Source: a bacterium
GTDB taxonomy: Bacteria > UBA8248
Assembly (NCBI GenBank): GCA_965204535.1
Contig: CBDBEV010000001.1
Span: forward strand, 1,536,001 to 1,600,000
Direction: 5' to 3'
DNA length: 64,000 nucleotides
The translations under genes were made by a program, and so were the position numbers. Every line of letters begins with the position of its first letter. The first letter of the stretch is position 1. The notes beneath the pieces were generated by a model. The model did no database searches, had not been told where the DNA came from, and was given only the letters and a program-made list of their open reading frames with translations. Shown one piece after another: positions 8,874 to 20,361 of the stretch.

Positions 8874-11800
8874 GTGAGCAGTTGGAAAGGACATATTACT
8901 AAGATGCCCGACCCGTCGTTATCACATTTAGCCTCCCTTCTCCGACCCGTTGTTCAACTTATCATGAGTCGTGTAGCACGTTTGCATGCGGAACATCAGG
9001 CCGGGCAAATGCCTACAGGTGTATCATCAAACCTCCTAGAAAAAACTCTCAACGAGACGTTACACAGATTGCGCGGAGGGAACGTCGAAGATTCTTGGTG
9101 GCGAAACATCTTGGATCGGATTGGACAAGAATACATCGCCCCTGAATTTCTAAAAAAGCCTGCATTGCAAGAGTGGCTGGCCGAAGAACGAGTCTCAGAC
9201 AACCTTAAAGCACTAGCAAGTGCGCAGATTATGAGTAGCAATGCCAATGATGTAGAAACCCGCTCGCACTTGGCACAAAGCTATTCGGAACAAACAGGAG
9301 AAACCCTCCAATTTGCAGACGGCCCGATAGACATTGTAGTTGCTGTTCTCGTAGCAGGGTACATAGCATCTATTCCACCCGATCAACACCCGGTAGCTGG
9401 CATGGTTCAGGAAGTTGCAAAGCAAGTGAGCGGGGTTTCTGAGCAACTGCATGAAATTAGATCGTTGCCCGTTACGGACCCAATTACTCAACAGGCACAC
9501 ACAGAAAAGGCAACCCAAGAATTAGATAAAATCCTAATCCTGAGAGCGTTCAATCCACCCAGGGCACGACAGAACATCCAAAACTTGTTGGGCCGTGTAG
9601 ATGATGAGGGTGATCTCTTAGCTGCATCCAACCCTGTTAAAAACCTAATCCTTTATTGGGCAGCAAGACTATTTGCCAGCAAAGCCGAAACACTTGAAAT
9701 AGCAAGGCATCTCAGAAATGAGCTACAACAAACTGACTTGGACATGGAAATTTCCATTGTAGATGCTCTTATTTCGGCGGAGGAGGGTAACGACGAAGAG
9801 GCCCTTCGCCTTCTTCGTGACCATGATGACCCTGATTTTAGAACTGTTTTTTTTAGTGTGCTAAGTCAGTTTCGGGGTGAAAGCGACGCATTAAATTGGT
9901 TTCAACAACAAGATGACTGTAATAATCCTCAATTTTTCACCGCTGTAGGCTGGAGGAATTGGGCTCTTTGCATGGCTAAAGAAAGGAGATGGGAAGAAGT
10001 ATGTCAACGCCTCATCAATTTCGAATCATTTTGGCCAAAGATGCCCGCTCTAGCGGTTATCGAAGGAGTCATCAACGCTGCTTTGTTATTACCAGAAGAT
10101 TATCGAGAGAAAACACTCGAGACTGTTCCTATTTTTCAGGGCGTCTCCTCACATTTAGTAGCTCAGACAGAGAATTATCATTCTCGCGCTACAATCTGTT
10201 TCGAATTCGCCGATAAAAACCTACAGGATATCGCCGATCACGATTTGCGAAGGTTCATTTCGGATTGGCGCCTTTGGCTTCGGCTGATGGATCCAAATGA
10301 AACGAACGCAAACGATACTCGCGCTGAGATACGTCAAAACATGGAGGAAGGCGCGAAAGCCGTCGAACTGATACTTTTCGCTTGGACATTTGATATACCT
10401 TTCAATGTTGAGCCTTTAAAACAATATCTGGAAGAAAGAAAACAATTTGGCGGACTCAACGAGCATGAATTTCTAGCGCAAGGACTTCTCTTCGAGCGGT
10501 CCATGAGTCCTCGTGATTTTGTAATCTATCTGGAACAGTACGGGCCGCAATTGAGTAAAGTGATGCACCCAGCTTTGGTGGTCACTATGCATATTGATGC
10601 ACTGGCGAGGGATGGTCAGATTGCAAAGGCGCGCACACTGATCGCCGAAAATGCCGCCGAGCTTGGAGATGAGTATTCGAGTCGACTGAATGCAATGGTC
10701 AATATCGAAGAAGGTGATGATCCTCGTGAACAGCTTGAGCATCTTTACCGTAAGAATAGACGTCTTATTGATCTAAAGAATTTTGTTTCCTATTTGAAGA
10801 CTGTGAATGATAGCGCGGCACTCCGACCTTTAGTTCGCAAATTGTTTGAGCTTGAACGAAACCTCGTTAATGCACTTGATGTTGTAACAACTTTAAGTTC
10901 TCCTTTATTTGATTTTGCAGCAATCATCGAGTTTTTACAGGCTAATCCCGACATCCTTGAGCAGAGTGATGACTTGAAAGAGGCAAAGGCGTGGGCCTTG
11001 TTTCATGCCGGCCGGCTCCATGAATCAAGAGAAATTAACGACATCCTTATCAGACAAAGGATAAATCAGAATGTTTTGCGCCTCGACATCAATATCGCTA
11101 TTTGCTCCGGTGATTGGGAGCGAATAGCGGCGATCATCGATCGTGAGTGGGACCGGCAGGATTCACACGACTCTAAAACATTGATGTATTTAGCTCGGCT
11201 TGCGGGCCAACGGGGGCAAGTACCCGACCGCGCGCTACAGCTCGCGAGGTTAGCAACAGAAAAAGCACAGGATCAGCCTGACATCCTGGCGGCTGCTTAT
11301 TGGCTACATTTTCAACTCGGGCGTGATGACGAAGCGGACCCAAGCTGGCTCGCAAGAGCATCCGAGCTTTCGTCCCCCGATGAAGGCCCCCTCCAACGTG
11401 TAAACCTAGAGGATTTGGTCACGGAGTGGATTCCAAAGCGCGAAGAGTACGTACGCGAGTTGGAACAAAAGTGGCTCAAAGGTGAAATACCTATAGTCTT
11501 GGCAGCAAGCGGATTCAATATGCCGCTGTCACGCCTTCTACTTCATCTCCCCGATCAGAATACGAAAGAATCTGACGGCCGCCGTAGAGCGCTACTGCCG
11601 ATCATCGCCGGCCTTCGGAATCCGATTGAATTGGGAGATAAGTGGACGATCGGACTGGATGTGACTTCGATCATGGTACTTGCCCATCTTGACCTATTGA
11701 AAACAGCCGTTGATGCATGCCATCACATCAAACTGTCCCCAGATATCATGGAGCATCTGCTCAGAGAACGGGATGCAGTTCGTTTTCATCAACCTTCTCT

Positions 11801-14800
11801 CATTGAAGCAGCCAAGCAGGTGTGGAGACTCCAAAACCAGGGACGTCTTCGAGCCGCTGACGAATTAGCCGTGCCTCCCCAAGCAATGGCAGAGGAAGTA
11901 GGACTTGAACTCGCCTCGCTCTTCGAAATCGCAAAACATGACGAAGGAAAGGTCATTTGTGTCTTCCCAATCCACAAAGTCAGTTCGCTAATGGAGCAAC
12001 AAGCGGACACTACTGAATACGACGATTTCATACTCTCGACTGTTGACCTTTGCACACTGGTGTATGAAGAGGGGCAAATCAACGAGGCTGATTATCAACG
12101 TGCAAAGCTGTTCTTGAATCGTCAAGGCCAAACGGAGCATTGGGATCCACTATTTTCTAATCTCAACGGTCCTATTTACATAGATCGACTTGCTCTAACC
12201 TATCTGCAAAACGCAAAAGTATTGGAGTCAATAGCTTCCCTAGGGCTGGATATTCGAATCCATCCAAATGTTTTACAAGAAATGAACGCACTCATTGAAA
12301 CAGGCAATGTGGGCGACAACCTCATGAACGAAATTGAAGGGATTCGGAATATCCTACGGAATGCGCTGGCTTCGGGAACGGCGTCTTTACTTCCTCGTGC
12401 TGCGGACCAAAACGTGCGGGTTCAGGAACACGAATTTCAATTCCGAGCGATGGAATCTTTGCTAGTGGGTAGCACTGCTTGCGATGCGCTTTGTATTGAT
12501 GATCGCAACATCAATGCTTACCCCGTAGTAGATGCATCCATCGAACGACAGGTGTCCATCCTTTGTGTATTAGACAAATTGCGCTACTTATTTTCTCAAG
12601 GATACATCAGTGTCGATGAACACTGGGCAGCGCGACACAAGCTCCGGTGGAGTGGTTTTGTCTTTATCCCACTCGAGTCCGACGAATTGGTGCATTGGCT
12701 GATGGCGAGTAATATCCATAATGGCCAACTAACCGAAAGCGCTGAACTGAGAGTTATTCGCCAGTCAATGGCTCGCGTGGATTCCCTGCCTACTTCGAAA
12801 GAAGTTTTACCCTTCTCCGTTAGCCTTCAACATACCTGTAAAGCTGCTATCGAGCGCTTGTGGGGAAATGAATCCCTGACGATAGAACAGGCAACGATAT
12901 TATCCAATTGGGTTTGGCGACACTTAATAAAAACAACTTTCTGGGGTTGCGAACAGATCAAACAGGATAATCCTGGCGATTGGCTCCGAAAATTAATATC
13001 TCAACGTTTAGGGTATTTGCTTTTGCCAACAACTATACAATCACATGAGCACCACGTTAATTATACTCGTTGGTTCGATCAAACTGTAATCGAGTTCTTA
13101 CGGCCTGCGAACGTGGACACAATCAAGCAGGCACTTAAGTCGACTTGTGATGCGATTTCTGCCCTTGAGAACGATAGGGAAACATATGGCTTCCTCTTTC
13201 TCGGGCAATTGCCGGAGAGTGTTCGTAGAGTTGTTTTGACCCAAGAGCCCGAATTCGCCAAGCGATGCGGTTTTGAGACAAGGAGGGTTTTCTCGATAGG
13301 AGCAGAAATCAAACTGGCAGACAGCGAGTTGTTTGTCGCCGCAAGAGAAGTTCTGGCTAAAAATAAAGAAAGTTCCATCCAAGATGTTTCCGGGAAAGAC
13401 GTGTCAATCGATCTCGATGTCGAGCGCAAGACCATTATTGTACAATGGTCCGATACCGAGGGTGTTTCACGTCAGGTTCCGATTCCAGACTTGACTCTGC
13501 TCTCACCAAACCGGGAAGTAAGGCTCAACGCTCTTCGCGACATTATTACTCGTTTTGGACCGACCGCAGAGGATTTTCGATATCTTCTCGAGGAAATTGA
13601 TTCACATGAACTGAATCACCAGGAGCTTTCCGCAATACTTGATGAGTCCACTAACGGTGTAGCCGCTATCCATGCCAACTTGACCAAAAAGATAAACGAC
13701 GGTTTCTCCGTCAGTGTTGCAGACATTATCCCGCAATCCATTTCCTATTTCGAACGATTTGCTGGCCCGAACCCTCTCAAGCGGAAACCTGAAGCATATT
13801 TTGAAGAAGTTCTCGTCCCTTACCGGAAAGAACTTTTGAGTCGAGACCTTCGTGCAGGGCTCGATATCTGTTGTCTCGGGGCACTTCGAGACGATCTGAC
13901 TCCCGGACAGTGGGTTGTAGATATCGACAATGACACCTTATGGGATGCTCTCTGTGCTTTTAATGTGAAAACCAATCCTTTCTCGTTGCTGGGTGCTCTT
14001 GATGTCGCGCTTTATCGCCTGGATGATCCACGTTTTCGGAAATTCTCGGCGGAGGCAGTTACCAAGTTGTCAGACGAAAGTTGCGGTCAATCGGATGACC
14101 CTGACTCATATAAACTTATTCAGATTTTCTTCAATTTTGTGTTCAATGCAATAAATCTTCTGGAAAATGGAGCGAATTTTCCCGGTTATTGGAAAAGGCT
14201 CAGTGCATGGATGCAGGCTGGCCAGATTGTCAAAGCCATGACGGAGTCCTCCGTATCAGTGGATATCAATGATCTCGAACGATGGGCTCATTCCAACATA
14301 ACCCCGGCTGGCGTTTTTGCGTTGCTTCTGGATGCCAGAAAGGAGCCGATGCTGTCCGCGAATATCGTTACGCCTTCGGCTCTGCGTAAAGAAATATTCG
14401 GTCGTTTGCTAACACTTAAGTCACGTCATGAGAGCGAAGGTCGTCAAATACCAGGAGCAGAGGATATAAACCGTGCAATTGACCAAGCTGAAATTCGCGG
14501 AGAAAGACCTATTTTGATTCTACCTGGACCCCTTGAGGGTCATCGACGACCTACGGAACCTATTCCGCTAGAGGGGACCGAAAAACTCAAAGAAACTTTA
14601 CCGGATGGCAATGACCCATTATTTTTACAGCAACTTGCAGTTTTTGCTCAGTTTTTTGCCTTAGGTGAATCGGAACTTGAACGCGCAAGGGAAAGCGTAA
14701 AGGCGATAACGAAAAATATCCTTGATGCCGACCCCCATGGGAACCTAAGTTGCTTGGAATTTGCTAGTACTGTCGCGGCGACAAACCGCGACACGATGTT

Positions 14801-15095
14801 AGCGGATGAAATTGCGGATGCGGTTGTCAGAATCGCTTCTGGGATTTCTGAAGCAAAAGATATCCAAGTGATTCTTCGAATTATATTGCACGCTGCCGTC
14901 GCACATAAGGAGCATGACGCATGGTTCATGTGGCTTGAGGAGAAATTGGCCAATATCGCAAGTCATTTAACTTCGCGCCCGAACGAGTGTTTGCGTTTCT
15001 TTTTGGATTGCCTTGATGAATTAGGGCGAACCTTGCCAGTAGACTCCTGGTTTCATATTCGATCGAGGTCTATAACGTCTGCTGGTATGGAATGA
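8874..15095 (+). CDS. Very large helical (TPR-like) protein with two PIN-like segments, putative anti-phage protein (start may be ATG 8904)
   Basis: 2073-aa uninterrupted ORF of lower GC; PIN-like IGLDVTSIMVL..LDLL and IYIDRLALTYL; LCIDDR motif; defence-island context. Confidence 0.55.
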   Translation: MSSWKGHITKMPDPSLSHLASLLRPVVQLIMSRVARLHAEHQAGQMPTGVSSNLLEKTLNETLHRLRGGNVEDSWWRNILDRIGQEYIAPEFLKKPALQEWLAEERVSDNLKALASAQIMSSNANDVETRSHLAQSYSEQTGETLQFADGPIDIVVAVLVAGYIASIPPDQHPVAGMVQEVAKQVSGVSEQLHEIRSLPVTDPITQQAHTEKATQELDKILILRAFNPPRARQNIQNLLGRVDDEGDLLAASNPVKNLILYWAARLFASKAETLEIARHLRNELQQTDLDMEISIVDALISAEEGNDEEALRLLRDHDDPDFRTVFFSVLSQFRGESDALNWFQQQDDCNNPQFFTAVGWRNWALCMAKERRWEEVCQRLINFESFWPKMPALAVIEGVINAALLLPEDYREKTLETVPIFQGVSSHLVAQTENYHSRATICFEFADKNLQDIADHDLRRFISDWRLWLRLMDPNETNANDTRAEIRQNMEEGAKAVELILFAWTFDIPFNVEPLKQYLEERKQFGGLNEHEFLAQGLLFERSMSPRDFVIYLEQYGPQLSKVMHPALVVTMHIDALARDGQIAKARTLIAENAAELGDEYSSRLNAMVNIEEGDDPREQLEHLYRKNRRLIDLKNFVSYLKTVNDSAALRPLVRKLFELERNLVNALDVVTTLSSPLFDFAAIIEFLQANPDILEQSDDLKEAKAWALFHAGRLHESREINDILIRQRINQNVLRLDINIAICSGDWERIAAIIDREWDRQDSHDSKTLMYLARLAGQRGQVPDRALQLARLATEKAQDQPDILAAAYWLHFQLGRDDEADPSWLARASELSSPDEGPLQRVNLEDLVTEWIPKREEYVRELEQKWLKGEIPIVLAASGFNMPLSRLLLHLPDQNTKESDGRRRALLPIIAGLRNPIELGDKWTIGLDVTSIMVLAHLDLLKTAVDACHHIKLSPDIMEHLLRERDAVRFHQPSLIEAAKQVWRLQNQGRLRAADELAVPPQAMAEEVGLELASLFEIAKHDEGKVICVFPIHKVSSLMEQQADTTEYDDFILSTVDLCTLVYEEGQINEADYQRAKLFLNRQGQTEHWDPLFSNLNGPIYIDRLALTYLQNAKVLESIASLGLDIRIHPNVLQEMNALIETGNVGDNLMNEIEGIRNILRNALASGTASLLPRAADQNVRVQEHEFQFRAMESLLVGSTACDALCIDDRNINAYPVVDASIERQVSILCVLDKLRYLFSQGYISVDEHWAARHKLRWSGFVFIPLESDELVHWLMASNIHNGQLTESAELRVIRQSMARVDSLPTSKEVLPFSVSLQHTCKAAIERLWGNESLTIEQATILSNWVWRHLIKTTFWGCEQIKQDNPGDWLRKLISQRLGYLLLPTTIQSHEHHVNYTRWFDQTVIEFLRPANVDTIKQALKSTCDAISALENDRETYGFLFLGQLPESVRRVVLTQEPEFAKRCGFETRRVFSIGAEIKLADSELFVAAREVLAKNKESSIQDVSGKDVSIDLDVERKTIIVQWSDTEGVSRQVPIPDLTLLSPNREVRLNALRDIITRFGPTAEDFRYLLEEIDSHELNHQELSAILDESTNGVAAIHANLTKKINDGFSVSVADIIPQSISYFERFAGPNPLKRKPEAYFEEVLVPYRKELLSRDLRAGLDICCLGALRDDLTPGQWVVDIDNDTLWDALCAFNVKTNPFSLLGALDVALYRLDDPRFRKFSAEAVTKLSDESCGQSDDPDSYKLIQIFFNFVFNAINLLENGANFPGYWKRLSAWMQAGQIVKAMTESSVSVDINDLERWAHSNITPAGVFALLLDARKEPMLSANIVTPSALRKEIFGRLLTLKSRHESEGRQIPGAEDINRAIDQAEIRGERPILILPGPLEGHRRPTEPIPLEGTEKLKETLPDGNDPLFLQQLAVFAQFFALGESELERARESVKAITKNILDADPHGNLSCLEFASTVAATNRDTMLADEIADAVVRIASGISEAKDIQVILRIILHAAVAHKEHDAWFMWLEEKLANIASHLTSRPNECLRFFLDCLDELGRTLPVDSWFHIRSRSITSAGME

Positions 15096-15183
15096 AAAAG
15101 GCCAGGGGTGCCAGCCCATTGAATAGGAAAATGCGGATTTCAGATTTTCTGATTTCACAACACTTTTGCTCAATAATGACATC

Positions 15184-17727
15184 CTAGCTGAGCCTTTTTA
15201 GTTTAGCTCGGTATTTTATGTTTAGTAATGAACATACCGCCTGTTCCATTGAGACGGAAACCCGGTGAGTGTTTAAGTAGCGTTGTGTCCTGTGGGAGAT
15301 CACTTTCCGGAAAAATGGATAACGGTGCTCATCCCAAAGAGACTTAAGTTTTTTTCGGTCGTTATCTGAAAATTCTTGGATAGTATCCAACCGTAAGAAG
15401 TATTCGATAAGCTCGTAGGCTGGCGTATTTTTTCGGCTAACAACTTCCTCAACTAGCGAACGAATTTCAGGCTTATTCAACGCATCAACTATTTTTTCGA
15501 TATTATTCATCGTCCAAAGAAAAGAAATAATCCGAAGAGTCCGTTTTATCTCATTTAGGCTATATTTCTGATTCTTTTCATGAACAAAGACCGCTAAATC
15601 GTTCATTTCCTTTTGATGCCCCAAGATCAAGCGGACTAATCTCAATCCTCCATCTGCGATGGTCTCAATTATTTCAAGTATCTTCTTACGTTCTAGACTG
15701 CCGTACTTGTTTCTCAAAATTTGCCCTAATATTTCGCTATTCTTCATGATTCTATAGGCGTCATTCTCGGAATGAACTAATTCCTCGCCATCATCATTGT
15801 TGAATTCACTACGCTCTTTGAGTTCGCGTCTATCCCTTTTATTTCTCTCTTTTTCTCTTTCAGACTCGACAGTGTCGTTGGAGAGAATTTCGGAAGGTAT
15901 GGCTGTTACAATCTCTTCAAATATCTCAGCTTCTTGGCGGTCTAATTCTGATGGTTCTATAGTATCTAAAGCACATATAGTGCGAAGCAAAATGTCATCG
16001 ATGATTGCATTATCGCTTGTGTGATGAATGGTGAATATCAATGTTAGACAATTAGATGTAACGTAACTTTGCTCGACCATTCTTTCTATATGTTTTTGGT
16101 GTTTTTTACCGTTCTTAGCCAGCAATTTCCCCAAGAAAAAATAATACATATAGGGGTTCTTAAACTGATACATCTGGGAGGGATCAAACTGGTTGGTCCT
16201 AGTTACTAGTCCATAATCCTGATCATACAGCCTACTCAATGTTGATTCCTTGATGATGTATTGTGTCTTATATTCTCTTATAAATTCCTCAAACGAATCC
16301 GAATCTATGCTATGCGCGCTAGATCCACTACAGTGTATTTTAAACGCTAATTTTTCCAAAAAATTCAGACAAGCGTTTATCTCATCATCAGCATTTGAAA
16401 TACCAGACTTCATTAGATGAGCAATGATTAAGACATAATAGCAATGCCCATATGAAGTGACGGATAAATCGCTGGGCATAAATCCTTCATAAGTTTGTAA
16501 AATAGATAGAACATAAAATGGATATCGCGGGAGAATTCTATTGTTAATTATGACATCGTTTACTTGATTCTCGATTTCATCCACTCGACCGTCTGGGATT
16601 GGCACATCCTGACCTGATAACTCTAGCCTTTTGCGGATTAGTTGTTCTTGTTTAGTGTGGGTAAGGGGGAAAATTCTTACCTCACTAAACCGCGCCAAAC
16701 GTTCATCGTCTCTAAAATAAGCATAAAAAATGTCAGAGGGCGCGGTAACTATTAATTGCTCAAAGTGTTCCATCGCCAAGAGCAAATAATCAATTGCATG
16801 AGGTGTGCTAGATAAGTTGTCAAGAAGTATTGTCTTGCCAAGCTGTTTTTCCCACAATGAGTAATCGCCATTAAATTGGCTTTGATAAACGTCTCGAAAA
16901 ATATCCGGACTCGCTTTTCGAACCATTGAGCTCAGGTCCATAAACATTACAGGTTTAGCGTCTTCTACTAATGAAAAAAATAGATGACGACACAAAGCGG
17001 TCTTGCCACTTAATTCATCTCCATGGATTAAGATGTATTTGTCTTTTAGCAGTTGCTGTGTATCTTTGATTGTTCTTTCTAACTTCGTTTCGTCATCCGT
17101 TGTGGTATATAGTGCCAAACTGGGAAAGACAAAGATACTTTTTAAGCTGATGTGTTCTTGAGAGATGAAATCCGTTTTTTCCATCTCTTTTCCGAACTCC
17201 GCCTTCAGAGTAAAGGTTTCCCTAAATGCTTCAAGCAAGCGCTTCAATCCCTCGTAAACCTGCTGCCAAGCTGTTTCTTCGTCGCTAAAATTTTTTAGGG
17301 GCTTGCCGTCTCTCGGGAGTGCTTTCAGTTGAGACATGCTTTCCATGTCTTTCCATGAGCACTCCGATAGAATTATAGGAACTCGAATGATGGGCTGTTT
17401 TTCATCTGCCATTTCACAAGCGAACTCCCATTCCTTCCGGCATTCTTCAGATGCGATAAAATCCTGACTGAGCAAGAATACAAAAATCTGTGTTTTCTGC
17501 ATCTGCTCTCTGATCTTATTCGAGATATTTTGTCCGGGAAGAATTTCTTGGTCAGACCAGTCTCGGAGGATTCCGTCTTGCTCGCGTAGCAACGTTAATG
17601 CTCGTTCCATTTTTTCCCGATGCCGATTATCTTTATGACTATAACTGTAAAATAACTTGACAGTGAATTTTGATTGGGAACTCACCTTGTCCTGCCTCCG
17701 ATTGATGCGTGAACAATTCTTAGCCAA
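15184..17727 (-). CDS. TIR domain plus STAND-like P-loop NTPase, putative defence protein
   Basis: TIR motifs FYSYSHKD, WSD.EI.PG, LLS.DF..SEEC.KE; Walker A GDELSGKT; Walker B ILLDN. Confidence 0.8.
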   Translation of the reverse strand: MAKNCSRINRRQDKVSSQSKFTVKLFYSYSHKDNRHREKMERALTLLREQDGILRDWSDQEILPGQNISNKIREQMQKTQIFVFLLSQDFIASEECRKEWEFACEMADEKQPIIRVPIILSECSWKDMESMSQLKALPRDGKPLKNFSDEETAWQQVYEGLKRLLEAFRETFTLKAEFGKEMEKTDFISQEHISLKSIFVFPSLALYTTTDDETKLERTIKDTQQLLKDKYILIHGDELSGKTALCRHLFFSLVEDAKPVMFMDLSSMVRKASPDIFRDVYQSQFNGDYSLWEKQLGKTILLDNLSSTPHAIDYLLLAMEHFEQLIVTAPSDIFYAYFRDDERLARFSEVRIFPLTHTKQEQLIRKRLELSGQDVPIPDGRVDEIENQVNDVIINNRILPRYPFYVLSILQTYEGFMPSDLSVTSYGHCYYVLIIAHLMKSGISNADDEINACLNFLEKLAFKIHCSGSSAHSIDSDSFEEFIREYKTQYIIKESTLSRLYDQDYGLVTRTNQFDPSQMYQFKNPYMYYFFLGKLLAKNGKKHQKHIERMVEQSYVTSNCLTLIFTIHHTSDNAIIDDILLRTICALDTIEPSELDRQEAEIFEEIVTAIPSEILSNDTVESEREKERNKRDRRELKERSEFNNDDGEELVHSENDAYRIMKNSEILGQILRNKYGSLERKKILEIIETIADGGLRLVRLILGHQKEMNDLAVFVHEKNQKYSLNEIKRTLRIISFLWTMNNIEKIVDALNKPEIRSLVEEVVSRKNTPAYELIEYFLRLDTIQEFSDNDRKKLKSLWDEHRYPFFRKVISHRTQRYLNTHRVSVSMEQAVCSLLNIKYRAKLKRLS

Positions 17728-18447
17728 TAGTTAAAAGTCTTTTATTGAGGTTTCCTCAATGGTACCTTGATAACACTTGCATGTTTAGACCATGACATTT
17801 CCGTCTCGCAAGGTTCATACTTTTTGAAACCTCTCTGCGGAAGAGTGGCGAGGGAGTGATTTTAGGCGGGCGTCAAATGCACATCTCCGCGTATATCATA
17901 TATACCCGCAGGGCGTAACCGTAGAGAATAAAATCGTTGTTCATCTCCAATTTTTCATCCCTAATGTTTAATACATCTTAAAAGACAAATTGGTATTTTG
18001 ATTACACTTTTGCTCGAATCAGCTTTCATTCTTTTCGGTCGCAGTCTCAAACGTGCAACGGAACGCCGCTTCGGATTGAGTTGGATAGAAAGGACGCAAG
18101 AGGATGCCGAAGCCTCTCACATCACCCCTGCGGAAGAGACACACTGGCGGTGTTGGGATTGATAGAGCACAGGGATATGGTGGCAGAGCAGGCAGGCTCG
18201 TTCAGCAGGGGGTATCGAAAATAGCAAAAGCGGAAATTAGATACCTAAATTGACGAAACAACTTCTCATCCCCCTGGTTTTTCTCGATATTTTATGTGCC
18301 TGGTATTTTCTTTGTGCGCTGCTCTGAATATCACTTTGACGATCCTTTTAGGATAAGCCGAAACAGGCCGGCAGTGTTCATGACTGAGCAACCAGACACT
18401 AAACCCTTGAACATGACGACGAATAATCGACGAGCATAGGGTTTGAA

Positions 18448-19704
18448 TTATGTGAACTTGAGGGCTTTTTCCATATCCACGTGTTCAAAAGCCGAAGCCA
18501 TGCGATCAATCTCGCGGGCATGAACCCCCAGGCGGGCCGCCTCCGGGCGCCAACCGGATATGGAACGCGCCACTTGCCCTGCAATGGACGACGCCTCCGC
18601 CGCCTGCAGACCGTAATACTCGGCCGTGCTCAGGGCCAGTTCGATCGAGGCCGTAGGGTCGTCGAGGTCAATGGCCGAAGAGAGCACGCGCGGACCCATA
18701 TCAATGGGAACGGGATTCAGGTCATAAGCAGGCGACAGTCGCCAGCCTCCGTGCCCCTCATACAGGAAGCCATGGTTCCGTAAATGGTCGTCCGTATTTG
18801 AAACAAGCACGTTGAACACGATACGCCGCCAAAGCTGCGCGAGGTCCTCTTTCGCCGCTGCTCCGTACCTCCGGAGAGCGTCGGCGACCTCCAGGTAGGA
18901 GCGCGTCTCGCGGTCGTTTGCTCCCAACATGCTCATGGCCGAGAGGAACGGGATGCGCCGTCCCGTTTCACGGTCGAATCGACGGATGAGGAGCACCGCC
19001 TGGCCGTTGACTCCTTCAACCCGCCATTCAGGGACGGGGATGCCGGCCTTGGTGGCCAGGGCCAGGGCGACGGCCTCCCAAAGAACGACGTCGACGTCGT
19101 CCTGCCTTTGGGGAAACTTGGCGAGAGCCAGGTGTCCATCATGGTCGCGAACGGATGCTTTCGGCCTTGCTCCGCCAAGGGAGGAGCCCGGCGCGAACAA
19201 CAATCTCAGGTCATCATCATCGTCTTCTTCGTCGGTCACTCTTTCGGCGGCGGAGAGAAGCCGGGGAAGCCGGACGAGTGGCGGGATGCGCGTTTCAGAG
19301 GCCGGGGCGAGGAACGGCCCGCCGGGTTCTTCGGTGAAGCGCAATGCGCCCTGGCGCGCCTCATCGTCCACGCGCAGCAGGAAGTCCACTTCGAACAGGG
19401 TGCGGGGCGTCTGCCCCTCTTGCTCGACGCGTCGGCGCTCTACGCGTCGCATGAGCATTCGACCCCACCGATCAGGGGCCGAGTCTCCGATGGCGCCGAA
19501 AAGTGCCTTTTCCGGCGGCGTGTGGAAAGGGCCGGGAGCAAGCGTCAAGGCCGGCTCGAGAGCGAAACGCTCGGGATGCTCCAGCCAGCCGGCGTCATAC
19601 TCGAAGGAGGCGCTTTCGCGGCCTCGACGTATGCGGGTCCATAGTCGTCCCACGAAGACAGGCGAGCCATGCAGGTCGATATGGACAAGGACCTCCCGCT
19701 CCAT
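18448..19704 (-). CDS. hipA: HipA-family kinase toxin
   Basis: DSAPDRWGR, GSSLGGARPKA, RRFDR, FN.LV.NTDDHLRNHGF, LSPAYDL. Confidence 0.92.
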   Translation of the reverse strand: MEREVLVHIDLHGSPVFVGRLWTRIRRGRESASFEYDAGWLEHPERFALEPALTLAPGPFHTPPEKALFGAIGDSAPDRWGRMLMRRVERRRVEQEGQTPRTLFEVDFLLRVDDEARQGALRFTEEPGGPFLAPASETRIPPLVRLPRLLSAAERVTDEEDDDDDLRLLFAPGSSLGGARPKASVRDHDGHLALAKFPQRQDDVDVVLWEAVALALATKAGIPVPEWRVEGVNGQAVLLIRRFDRETGRRIPFLSAMSMLGANDRETRSYLEVADALRRYGAAAKEDLAQLWRRIVFNVLVSNTDDHLRNHGFLYEGHGGWRLSPAYDLNPVPIDMGPRVLSSAIDLDDPTASIELALSTAEYYGLQAAEASSIAGQVARSISGWRPEAARLGVHAREIDRMASAFEHVDMEKALKFT

Positions 19705-20045
19705 TACACGCCGTCCCCGGGCTTGCCGGGACGAGGCGATCGAATGCGCTTGGGCAACAGCGCATCCTGAAGGCTCAACCCGACGGGGTCATACCTCGGG
19801 TCTGCGAGATCGGCGAACCGCTCGTTCATCCCGAGCACGAAGAGGACAGTGGCGTAAAAGCCGAGCGACACGCCCGGCTCGCCCTTTTCGATTTTGTTCA
19901 AGGTCATCCGGCTGATGAGCGCGCGTTCCGCCATCACCGTCGTCGGGATGCGGCGCCGCCGACGCGCATCACGAATCTCCGCACCGAGCTTTCTGAGTGC
20001 GCGGCGAACTGGAATCGGTAATGTGTTTTCGAATTTCCTGCGCAT
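19704..20045 (-). CDS. XRE/HTH antitoxin (HipB-like)
   Basis: IRDARRRR......AERA.ISR.TL.KIEKG.PGVS HTH; stop overlaps the hipA start. Confidence 0.85.
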   Translation of the reverse strand: MRRKFENTLPIPVRRALRKLGAEIRDARRRRRIPTTVMAERALISRMTLNKIEKGEPGVSLGFYATVLFVLGMNERFADLADPRYDPVGLSLQDALLPKRIRSPRPGKPGDGV

Positions 20046-20361
20046 ATGTCAACTCCTTAATGCATTATCTATTGTAGTGTATATTATAATAGACATTAAT
20101 TCAACCTTGCGCTTTCTCCGATTGCTATCAAACACCATTTCTCGCCCAGGGAGGTTCAGAACCTGCGGCGGGAAACGGGTAGACACTCATCCGTTTCGCT
20201 AAATGTCCGGGTCCTTATTGGCCATAGTCCTATGCGGGAGGGCAGGGCGAGATGTATCGCTGGCGTCAGCCCGGATTTTTGGGGAATCCACCGGAATCCA
20301 GATTCCATTGTGCTTTGGGCCAATTAGGCTTAAAGTGGATAGAGCATTGGCGGGGAGTCGC

